NCBI RefSeq assembly: GCF_001194135.2
Contig: NC_068990.1
Location: 70,663,057 to 70,727,056, forward strand
Length of the DNA stretch: 64,000 bases
DNA from: Octopus bimaculoides
Taxonomy: Eukaryota
Direction: 5' to 3'
The notes below the pieces were generated by a model, which saw nothing but the letters and a program-made list of their open reading frames with translations, was not told the origin of the DNA and searched no databases. Shown here one piece after another: positions 15,101 to 25,037 of this stretch. The position numbers were made by a program, and so were the translations under genes. Numbering within the stretch: position 1 is the stretch's first letter; every line of letters begins with the position of its first letter.

Positions 15101-15928
15101 NNNNNNNNNNNNNNNNNNNNNNNNNNNNNNNNNNNNNNNNNNNNNNNNNNNNNNNNNNNNNNNNNNNNNNNNNNNNNNNNNNNNNNNNNNNNNNNNNNNN
15201 NNNNNNNNNNNNNNNNNNNNNNNNNNNNNNNNNNNNNNNNNNNNNNNNNNNNNNNNNNNNNNNNNNNNNNNNNNNNNNNNNNNNNNNNNNNNNNNNNNNN
15301 NNNNNNNNNNNNNNNNNNNNNNNNNNNNNNNNNNNNNNNNNNNNNNNNNNNNNNNNNNNNNNNNNNNNNNNNNNNNNNNNNNNNNNNNNNNNNNNNNNNN
15401 NNNNNNNNNNNNNNNNNNNNNNNNNNNNNNNNNNNNNNNNNNNNNNNNNNNNNNNNNNNNNNNNNNNNNNNNNNNNNNNNNNNNNNNNNNNNNNNNNNNN
15501 NNNNNNNNNNNNNNNNNNNNNNNNNNNNNNNNNNNNNNNNNNNNNNNNNNNNNNNNNNNNNNNNNNNNNNNNCAAAAGGAAGTCTTGCCAATTATACAAA
15601 ATGTATAAGTCAAAACATGTGTCGTACTAAATAAAATCTTTTATTCCATTTATTTTATTAATACTATGTATGTATAACGTAGATTTAATATTGCCCTATA
15701 TTTTCTGAAGATAGCAACAACTTTGTTGACATTAGATACATATGCTTCGGAGTTAACTACAAGAAAAGTTAAGTATAAAATAAAACAGGATAATTTCGAG
15801 TTGAAATAAATAACGAAGGTATTGTACGATGTAGAGAAGTTGCAATTGTTTGTAAATTATAATAATATATTATAAGGACTATTTACCTTAGTAGCAGCCG
15901 AAGTATCAAGTTTGGGAGGAAGCGCCAT
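1453..15928 (-). CDS. IFT46: Intraflagellar transport protein 46 (IFT-B complex), spliced, 3'-partial: join(15887-15928,10809-10914,9666-9753,8389-8463,7279-7372,3475-3609,1453-1565)
   Basis: Seven exons with GT-AG boundaries and compatible phases give 653 nt in frame. The translation contains the IFT46 hallmarks NQPYDESLEV, an acidic D-rich tract, AYDPADY, KLKPFIPDFIP(S)VGD(T)DAFIK, PRPD..LDEP..QSDPTVL and VKSLE.AEK.PK.ID.WI..I..LHRSKPP..VHY. No downstream exon (MPDID-type) was found in 1-1452. Confidence 0.95.
3475..3609 (-). CDS. IFT46: IFT46 exon (IPRPDMKPDMVGLTVLDEPCAAQSDPTVLDLQLRTISKQTTAKQM)
   Basis: ttctag| acceptor, ATG|gtaagt donor, 135 nt, phase 0-0; conserved LDEP..QSDPTVL. Confidence 0.97.
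4380..6080 (-). mobile_element. RTE-clade LINE, 5'-truncated, degraded (RT plus C-terminus)
   Basis: VDKAIKDMKSEKAPGPSGIT, QFGFVPGRSTTDAIFLVRQLQEKY, LYADD and LHWYGHV..GRGRPRKTW across frameshifted ORFs. Confidence 0.92.
6085..6580 (+). mobile_element. RTE-clade LINE 3' fragment, opposite orientation to its neighbour
   Basis: Homologous to the reverse complement of about 4400-4890 (gaaaggcagactgtatgatgc, tggtcatgtg, cctaggaagacatgg, tgagaagacc). Confidence 0.75.
7279..7372 (-). CDS. IFT46: IFT46 exon (YSYQVIELEHKLKPFIPDFIPSVGDTDAFIK)
   Basis: tcgtag| acceptor, AAG|gtgagt donor, 94 nt; conserved KLKPFIPDFIP. Confidence 0.97.
8389..8463 (-). CDS. IFT46: IFT46 exon (AYDPADYDNLQVSSDIKDLFEYIS-R)
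   Basis: caacag| acceptor, AG|gtaaga donor, 75 nt; close to human AYDPADYEHLPVSAEIKELFQYISR. Confidence 0.96.
9666..9753 (-). CDS. IFT46: IFT46 acidic exon (RSSNLSDDDDDGSDLSDDDDDDEEVHIE-G)
   Basis: ctttag| acceptor, GG|gtaagt donor, 88 nt, phase 1 to 2; matches the acidic N-terminal tract ending LEG/IEG. Confidence 0.9.
10240..10390. mobile_element. 151-bp hAT-type MITE
   Basis: Imperfect TIRs (CAAGTATAGGCAACCT / AGGTTGTCCATGACTG) and an 8-bp TSD ACCTAAAC/ACCTAAAG; inserted in a SINE fragment. Confidence 0.65.
10809..10914 (-). CDS. IFT46: IFT46 exon (AQLHQNQPYDESLEVPDADDVPSTYTPTPRSHNPL-G)
   Basis: ttttcag| acceptor, G|gtaagt donor, 106 nt, phase 0 to 1; NQPYDE motif. Confidence 0.88.
13846..14190 (+). 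mobile_element. Tc1/mariner (maT/DD37D-like) transposase 3' fragment
   Basis: YV*TQNGAPSHTAKKVQNF..FWPTSSPDLNPLDYAVWGIL; degraded. Confidence 0.75.
14651..15571. other. Assembly gap (N run); other gaps at 4017-4077, 25810-25819, 33434-34248, 46244-46482
   Basis: N characters; the long X-containing ORFs in the track are artefacts of these gaps. Confidence 1.
15887..15928 (-). CDS. IFT46: IFT46 probable first coding exon (MALPPKLDTSAATK)
   Basis: AATATGGCG start context and 14 codons, then an AAG|gtaaat donor in phase 0 that matches the phase-0 acceptor at 10914. It lies next to a CpG/CCAAT-containing promoter-like tract. The peptide is not conserved enough to recognise by homology. Confidence 0.7.
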
Positions 15929-16160
15929 ATTGGTTATGTCTTATAAGGGAGTTAACTCTAATTAACTTTCTGTATCTTTTCTCCCTCTCTTTCTCTCTTA
16001 CTCTTATCCAATAGATATGTATATGTATTAACTCCTACCATTGGTTAATTAATGAGTTCAAACGTGCACACTATCCTCCTATAAGTACAGTTTAACGACG
16101 GTTCATTGCTTATATTATACTGTGCTTTTCCGTCTGACGCTGACGCTCAGAAATTCTTCA
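15929..16160 (-). promoter_or_regulatory. Probable IFT46 promoter/5' region
   Basis: YY1-type AATATGGCG overlapping the ATG, CCAAT at 16008-16012, ATTGG at 16040-16044 and tandem TGACGC half-CRE at 16135-16146. CpG density is raised relative to the flanks. The TSS was not determined. Confidence 0.5.
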
Positions 16161-17399
16161 CCCTGCATGTTTTCCTGCTACCATCAACTTATACATTCAC
16201 TTACATCACTCATCAATGGGTCTCGTCCTCAACAAATTTGGTGATTGTCGGATTTGCTAATTTCAAAAGCAACAACAAGGCGATGTTTAACAAGCAAATC
16301 TGGAAACACTGCCCGCCCATCGTTTACTTTTGTCTCTTGATTCTTGAACTGATGACTTCTTGTCAGACAAGACTTTTGCAAGATGTGCAATTGGAACCCT
16401 TTCTGACCCATGTGAAACTGGGGATTACCACAAGATTTGGTTTTGTTCCCTACACTTTTTCTTCTAAGCAAGCACCTCCCTAACCTTCTCTACCACTCCT
16501 ATGAACAAAGACTGACAGTCCAATCATGCCCATCACTAGATTTTTGGTGTCTGGGGCTGCCTCAGAATATTCTGGGTGGGCACTAATTTGTATTGCAGGA
16601 AGATTTTTGTAAACCGAGGGTGCACCATTGAATAGTGAGTAAGTAGTGCCATCAAGTGTGTTCCCATTAGTAACAGGCATGAATCCAATGGAGTTAATGT
16701 TATCTCCTTCAACAGCAAAAAAAAACCCCAAAAAACTATCACTATACATAACAAGAAAATATTGCCCCTCCCTTCTAAACGGCATGTAACTGATGGTGGT
16801 CTGCAATCAATGAGACTTATTTAAAACAAACAACAGAAAAAGTACTTCAAAATTGCAGTGGCAAGTGGAGTATTCCATGTTTCCAACAGAATCATTCTTA
16901 TGTTGATAAAAACAACAGGAGTGAAATAAAAGGAAGACAGGAGGAATACTTGCGATGGGAAAATTAGTTGCGAAATAGGAAACTGATGGAGTAAATCAGG
17001 ATGAGACATTGTTTTGGAAGTTGTAGATCTACATTTTGTTTTTAAAGAAATAGATGCTTAGTAGGGATTTGGTTTAACATTCAGTAATTTTTTAAGGGAT
17101 TAGCTGAAATCTTTTGATAACATGGGTTTGCAAAAATGGGACTTTTTGAGAAAATTGTTTTGATAATTGAATGTTACTTTATATATTTTTGTGGTGCTGA
17201 CTGGAAATATCAAAAATGCTCTTTGGTTTTACCTAAGGTTTTCTATCAATTTAATGATAAAATATATCATAATTTGTAGGTAAATCCACATTGATAGGAC
17301 AAAATGAAAGTAATAAAGATGAATTTGATACCTTATTTAGCAAAATATAAAGGCACAAATGCAATTGAAAGGTGAGAAAATAGATTTTTACAATGGTTT

Positions 17400-19300
17400 G
17401 TTCATTTTTTAGATTCAGCACCTCAAAATCCTTACATCTCCAAGATTTTCCAGAAAGAAATCCAAATGGGCATGTAGGAAATGAACTTTAACCCTTTTGT
17501 TACCATATTTCTGTTGAGATGCCTTGTGTTTCTTTCAATCAATTTTAAATATAACAAAGAATTTAGTAAAATAACTTAGTTATCATTAAGCTAATGTTAG
17601 GAACATATATTGTGATTAAGGTTTAGAGGAAGATTTTAATTCAGAACTTTTGAAAACAACACATTTGTATTATAGAGCCAGAGGTGGTTTCAGGCGGGTT
17701 GGTATCAAAGAGGTTAATACTTATTTTACATCCTAAGGCTTTGAACTTTTCCCAGCATTCTTCCTACTATGTCTTTGTAGTTTGGATCCTTGTGATTACC
17801 TAAGAAGTTCTTCACATCTTTAAAACTAATCCTTGCATCTTTTTCAGAATCACTAAGAGAGTTTTCAAAATGGTCATCTTTGATGAGATTCTTTATATTT
17901 GGTCCTACAAATATATCCTCTTCAACCATAGCACCTGGTAAAGCAGGAAAGTTGCTAAGTACTTGAAGTCCTCTCCATCTTGAGGCAAATATTTTATGAA
18001 TTGCTTCATGAGACCCAGTTTTATATGTAGAGGAGGCAAAATAACCCTTTTTGGATCAACCATACTTTCTTGAAGGATATTCTTTGTTCCTGGCATAAGC
18101 ATATACCTACTTGGCTATTCTTTTTTCAACCAATGGGGGTACCTGGCTCTACTACCCCATTCACACAAGAAACAAGGAAATTTTGTGTAGCCTAGCTGTT
18201 GTCCATGCAACACACAAATTATTTTCAAGTCATTGCAAATCATCCAGTTGTGATCCTTATATTTAATCTTGATTCAGGGAGACACTAAATTTTCATGTTT
18301 CCTTCATGATCACCAAGTGCTTAACAGGAACAGAGGCATATTTATTATCATTATGTAGTAGAACAGCTTTAAAACACTTCTTTGAAGAGTCAATAAAGAG
18401 TTTCCATTCATCAGAGCTGTAACTTGTCAAACTTTCCTATTAGTCCTGATGGATCTGTGTGCTAAGAAGCTTGCTTCCTAGCCACATGGTTCTAGGTTCG
18501 CTCCCACTACATGGCACCTTGAGCAAGTGTCTTCTACTATAGCTTTGGAGCAACCAAAATCTTGTGAGTGGATTTGGTAGATGGAAGCTGAAAGAAGCCC
18601 ATCATGTGTGTGTGTCTCACCACCACCACTTGACAACCAGTGTTGGTTTGTTTACGTCCCTGTAACTTAGTGGTTTGGCAAAAGAGACCAATAGAATAAG
18701 TAAGGCTTAAAAAAAATTAAGTACTGGGGGTCGATTCATCGAACTAAAAATTCTTCAAGGTGATGCCCCAGCATGGTTCCAGTCTAATGACTGAAACAAG
18801 TAGAAAATAAGGATAATAAACCAAATTATTTTCTTGCGCAAGTAAGGAACAAATTCTTTTTTTCATGGTTATGATGCCAATAGAATGATGCATGAGGAGC
18901 TAAAAGATTCTTGGATTTAAGACTGGAGCCTTTGAATTGTGTCCCTTCACTTTACATTAGCAAAAGTAACAGTCATCACATTACTGTGATTTTCTAGGCT
19001 CTCTCCACATCATTAGAACCCCAAAACAAAAAAAAACTTCTTTGTACATTTTGTTCATTGTCTTAGGTCTTCAGCACAAATTTAGCAGGCCTTGTGAGGA
19101 GCTCACTTATCTTTGTCTCCTGTTTCACACAGAAGTAGCCCTGGAAGATTTTTTTGACAAATTCCATGTTTCATTGATGTTTTTTTGTCATAGACTTTCC
19201 ACAAATATAACAAAAGTTATCTGGGCTTGCTGCACATCTTCTAAAAGGCATCCTTGCTTAAATGATGTGGAAGCCTCTAAGGAAAAGAGAGGAGGACATT
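17400..19300 (-). mobile_element. Chapaev3/CMC-like DNA transposon, degraded transposase, interrupted by a SINE (18449-18810) and a MITE (17492-17713)
   Basis: ATG at 19251. N-terminal Cys-rich region CAASPDNFCYICGK..APHKAC..WREP..DDCYFC; core EWKLFIDSSK, GYTKFPCFLCEW, LPPLHIKLGLMKQF, KNFLGNHK and IKVHFLHAHLD..ENLGDV, i.e. the C(2)C, LH and H-x-H signatures of CMC. The termini were not resolved. Confidence 0.85.
17492..17713. mobile_element. 222-bp piggyBac-type MITE
   Basis: TTAA duplicated at 17488-17491 and 17714-17717; ends CCCTTTTGTTACCA / TGGTATCAAAGAGG (11/14 inverted match); excision restores the host transposase frame. Confidence 0.85.
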
Positions 19301-22119
19301 TTTAACAGCAGATATTTGATTTACCATCTCAATGCATAACATAATATCATTAAAGCATTGTATTGTAACATATAATACAATAAGATCATGGTTGTAGCAA
19401 ATACATATTGAACAAAGGTATGAGGAAATAACTGAAATAAAAAATGTGTTTTAACCTAAGGAATGTGATCTTGTAAAGCATAGCCTTCTCTCCTCAGTTT
19501 GCAGTTGACTGAAGCTACAGTGATTCACACAGTTCTCTATGTAGCTGAAGCAGTCTAAACATTGCCAGTTGCTTATTTTTTAAAAATTATGTCTATTAGT
19601 TATACTATTATAGTTTATTTAAATCTGACAATTAATAGTAATAATAAAAGACAATAGTTAAATTCGGGCATAGTGGTAAAATGCAATGATCGATCTTGTG
19701 AAGAAATCGTGCATGATAGGAGGATGTCTTTGTAATTTTTGAAATCATAAAGTACAAATTGATCATTTTCACCCAATGAATGTGAAATAATTTTTTGATT
19801 GCAGACCTGTGTAAGTAGGGAGGGAAAGATTTACAAATATTCAATAAAAATTAGGTTAATTCATTCTGGTGATATTCTCATTGAAAACAAGCAATGATTG
19901 TTCAGGGTTGTGGTTGTATTGAAAGGCTGTAAATTAGGTGTGAAAAGAATGATGTAATACTTTTATGTGAAGAATGGGTCTCAGGTGTCTTTGAGGGAAA
20001 AAAAAAAAAAAAAGAATTGTGTGAGATGTTGTTTCAATGAATTTCCAGAAACTTTAAAATCCTAATTCTTTGGTTACAGTTAGTGGTGGTGCTAGATAAT
20101 TAGATAACTTTGCCAAAACTAACAATGATAGAAAGTTTTCCAATGAATTTATCCACCCAATAAAGTTGGAAGAGATGAAGAAAATCATGGGTGGTTTTGA
20201 GTATAACCAATATTTAGTCCTTATTCAATTTATGACAACAAATAAATCTTTTTTTTTTCTTGTTAAGATTTTCAACATCTTAGATGCTAACAGAACTGCA
20301 GCTGTTGCCACATATATTTTTGAAAAAAGGTAGTGAGCTGGTAGAAACATTAGCATACTGGGCAAAATGCATAGCAGTATTTCGTCTGCCTTTATGTTCT
20401 GAATTCAAATTCCGCCGAGGTCAACTTTGCCTTTCATCCTTTCAGGGTCAATAAATTAAGTACCAGTTGCATACTGGGGTTGATTTAATTGACTGGCCCC
20501 CTCCCCCAAAATTCCAGGTTTTGTGCCTAGAGTAGAAAAGATTATATTTTTGAAAAATCTGTCACCATTGAATATAAGTGGAAAATAGAAACCAAGTTCT
20601 TGTTATAAACAAGATTTCAATGGCTCTAGGTTAATAGTTTTGAAAGAAAAAGAATTCAGAAAGTAAGATGTCATCGTTTTAAATTTTAAATATAACATCA
20701 ACAGAAAGATAACAGGTAAAAAAACTGTTTTTATTTTTTTAAATTTCATCTAACAAAACAATTTTGCAATTATAAATTTCCTGAAAACAAAATGTTTGTT
20801 TAATTTTATAAATACACTTATTGCAGTTTTCTGTATTGTTCTATATGTAACAGATGCAGACATCATTGGTCTCTCGTGATGGTGTTTGACATCAGGGTGG
20901 AGGTGGATCTCCTTCAACGAAGAGTCACTCGTTTAATTAACTGAATTATCTGCTCCTGAATTAAAGTGTAAGTTGCTAAGAGTATTGTACAGACTAATGT
21001 ACCCTTAAGGTAAATCTCACACAGAATCAGAGCTGCACATGTGACAAGGCTGTACATTTGAATTACAAGTACAATCAATCTGAAAGGCTTTTATACAGTT
21101 TCTGTCTGTTCGGTTTTACTCATAAGGTAGAGGTCAATCCATAGAAAAGGACGTTTATCCAAGATGCCATACAGTAGTATTGAACCTGGAACTTCCTGGT
21201 TATGAGACAAATTTCTTAACCATTCAACTATACTCTGCATACATTTGATGTACAATAGTGTGGAACTGAGATTTTGTGACTGGATGACCTCCCAAACATG
21301 TTTCTATGTTAAAATGAACACCAAGGATAACAGTTCTTACTAAACTAAGACACACTCACCTTGTCTAACCTTCTACAGTGAATATTTCTGCGCTTATCTG
21401 AGGAGAAAATATTTCAATCTCCTTTGCTTAGGAGATTGTTTATAAGATCCATAAATGTGTAGAGGTAGTTGTTGCCATCCAACACACCCATACATTACAT
21501 TCTAAGACCATGACTAATAATGTGAGATGTTTGGGGATTTAAAGGTTGTTGGATCAGAGAAATATAGTCCAAGTTGTTTAAAGAGAAAACATTAATATAT
21601 GAATTTAGAGGTAGACAATGTTGTTGGTGATGGTTAGTTCCAATTTAACTCTGATTGAATAGAATTCCTGTGATCAAAGATGTTCCACTGTGACCATCCA
21701 GTAATTGTTTTGTTTTTTTTTTGTTCACATAATACTGTACTCCAGCCTAAGTTGTGCAATGTCCATTTTTAAGATGGTAAGGGGTGATCTGAGGGAAACG
21801 TAGCTCTTATTTCTTGCAGGTCAAGTGACTAAATAATGAGATATTTAATCATATGTATTAGGAGGGAAAGAAAATCCTCTTACACTTTTGACAAAAATCA
21901 CTTTGAGATACTTTTCCAATTCAATATTTACAGTAAAATACATATTATTTTTATACATTCTAATGTTTTTCTTTCTTTGCGGATTACCATAGTAGTTAGA
22001 TTCATATCAATTTTACTCTTTTAAAATGAGTTTAGACCAGATCCATATCAGACACAGCAAGCTGTGTAAATTCAAAAGGAACTCTTCAGCAATGGAAGAA
22101 GCAAAAAATATTTGTTCTA

Positions 22120-23117
22120 TTTTTTTTATATGAAGCTTAAAATGTCTGGATATGTCAACAATGGTTTGACCAGTTTTGCTTGGGGAATTTTCTTCTCACA
22201 GAATCTTCCTTATCTTGACAAATAAGTTCAATCAATATTCAGCTTCTGAAAATTGTAGTTGAGGAAAATCCAAAGCAAACTGTACAACAATTTGTAAAAC
22301 AGTTCAATTCAAGTCACACTTCAGTCATAGAAACACCTTCATGAACAAGGAAAAATGTTTAAACTTATTTAGTGGGTCTAATAAGCTGAATGCTTCTCAG
22401 CTTAATCAAAGAGTAGCCTTCAGATTGTCATTGATCAGTAGACTTGCTACTAAACCTTTCCTGGGCAAATTCATCACAAAAGATGAAAAGTAAGGTCTTT
22501 ATAATCATATTCAACAAAAACAACAATGGTTAGCACCTAATGAAAAATAAGAATCCATCTCAAAACCAGGACTACACGGGAAGAAAGTTATGCTCAGTGT
22601 TTGTGGGATGTGAAGGGTGTCATTTATCTTGAAGTGTTAAACCAAAGCAAAATACTTAATGCGAAGTATTGTTGTCAATTGGAAGCATTGTACAAACATT
22701 TGCAGAATATACACACATTACTGGTCAATCGTAAAGGAACGTTGCTCTTATAGGATAAATGCAAGACAATATATTACCCAAGTCAACCAGGAAAAGATTA
22801 TGACTATAAATATGGAAATTTTGCCTCACCTTCCTTGCACTCCTGATCTTGCTCCAACTGACTATCTTCTTTTCAGATCATTGCAACATTATTTAGAGGG
22901 GAAAATGTTTATTAACTGTAAAGAGTTTAAAAATGGTATTGAGTGTTTCTTTGCTTCGAAACTTGAAGAATTTTATGCCCAGTGTTTAAAAATTTGCCAA
23001 ATAGATGGGATTATGTTATCAATAACGAGAAATGTTATCTTGATTAAATATATCAACTAATACCAAAGAAGCATGTTTTTCTTTCCTATTATGCAACAGA
23101 TTTTTCTTCCAATCTTA
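22120..23117 (+). mobile_element. mariner remnant, heavily degraded
   Basis: FITKDEK, MLSV.WDVKGVI and LPHLPCTPDLAPTDYLLFRSLQ; decayed right TIR near 23090-23117. Confidence 0.8.
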
Positions 23118-25004
23118 TAGCTTTCAAAAGAAATTGTAGTTTGATGTAAAACCTCCCTAAGGTGGCATAGAAGAAGTAAAGTATTTGATCCAACAATAAA
23201 ATTCATAATGGTAAGCAGGGTGGCACTATAATAAAGTTACAGTGTATAATCCAGCCACATGATGGTGAGAATCATTACTGTAAGCTGTTATTCCAAAAGC
23301 AATAATTACTTATCATAGAAGACAAAGCAATAACCATTCAATATTTAAATCAACAAAAAAAAAAGTCAATAAAGCAAATTGTTTCTTGCAAATTATTTAT
23401 TTCCAATAGGTTTACCTAATTTTGGCAATAATGTTTTAGCCTGTTGAGGCTATCCCAAACTTCTAAACTATTGTTTCATGTCTTTCTGTTGTATTTTTTT
23501 TTTTTTTTGTTTCAATCAAGCTGCCATCGTTTAAGTAGTGGAACAACATTCTTACACTGGGATTGGATGACCAACATGGTTTATGATCTCAAAGTATTAC
23601 AGCAATTAAACCAAATCATGGTTCAATTGATTCATTTTATAAAGTATCATTGTTTTTTAGTAGTAAAGAAATATTCTTTTTCCAGTCTGAGAGAAAAAGA
23701 AATAAATATAATAATAAAAATAAAAAAAAGCTGGAGTCCTGGCATAGATTCATTATTTTCTTTGTTTATGACACTTCCATTGAAAGAAATCTGCAGCTAC
23801 TCAGTAAATACTGGAAATTAAAACTCTAGCTTTTGGAACTATTGTATATCTTACTAAATATTGTGGCACAATTTTATTATTGGGAAAAATATCTAAAAGA
23901 TAAAAAGCATTTCATCAAAGATAATATATTTCATTAAAATAATAAAAGAAAAATATAATAAAAAAGTTGGTCTGTTAAGATGAAATATTGATAGGATATT
24001 GGATGTCATCAGAACTAGAATAAAGAAATTAATTGTTTATTAGGATTGAATGCTTCTACTCATTTCTCAGTGCTATTGAAGACCTCTAAGTGACACATAC
24101 ATACTCTCATCATCATCATCATTTAGCATCCATCTTTATTGCTAGCTATTCGGCAGGATTTGATGAGGTAGAGGACAGCATCAAGTTCTAATGTCTGCTT
24201 TCGCATGGCTTCTAAGGTTGAATGCCATTCCTAATGCCAACCATTTCACAGAGTGCACAGGATGCTTATTTTGTGACACCAGGACTAGTGAGGTCGTCAT
24301 GTAGCTTGCAAGGCTAAAAGACCTTCTTGGTTAAATGGGAGTGTAGTAGAGAGGGGGTGACTTTATGCTGGGTGTTGAGAGATTAAATTATGGTAGAGGG
24401 ACAGGAAGATATTTGCTGCTGAAGGTGAAATATATATGGCTACCCTGTATTTTATAAGGATGGGAATAATTGGGATAGAACCAGAAAGAGAGATAAAGAT
24501 AGTAGTGATAAAGTGTCAAAGTATACCCTCAAGGTGCAAAGTAGTGAATAGAAGACAGAATGGGGACAGAAGAACAGTAGGGACATTCACCTGAACCTCA
24601 TTTCTAATCATCTCTCACTCTCCTCCTCCCTCACTCCTGTGGGTGAGGGAGGAGAGTGAGAAATGGTTACAGATTGAGATAGGATTGAATGTAATGGGTG
24701 GTGAACAAAAGGGGAGTGGTCAATGGTGAATATGAGTTGGGAGGGGAAGAGGCATATAGTGACAAGGGTAGAGAAGGTCAGAGGTTATATAGGGGTGAAC
24801 AAAGGTGGGGAACTTTGATGGGAGAAGAGATAGTGGTAGAACAAAAAGGTTCTGATCTTATTTACAGTTTCAGAATAATGCAGTAGTTAGAAGAGTAATG
24901 GAGGGATGAGTAATAAGGAGTTAAGAAGATAGGGAAGGCTTAATAGGGGCATATTTTGTGTGGGTCCAAAGTGTATGTATTTACATAATGCTTTTAGAAC
25001 TTGC

Positions 25005-25037
<33 letters not shown>

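Noticed and set aside
14600-15613. Long ORFs of 280-418 aa in the track (also 33058-34373 and 46116-46719)
   Set aside because: They are artefacts of translating through N gaps and microsatellites.
19042-19305. 87-aa + strand ORF as a gene
   Set aside because: It is the antisense shadow of the Chapaev-like transposase N-terminus.
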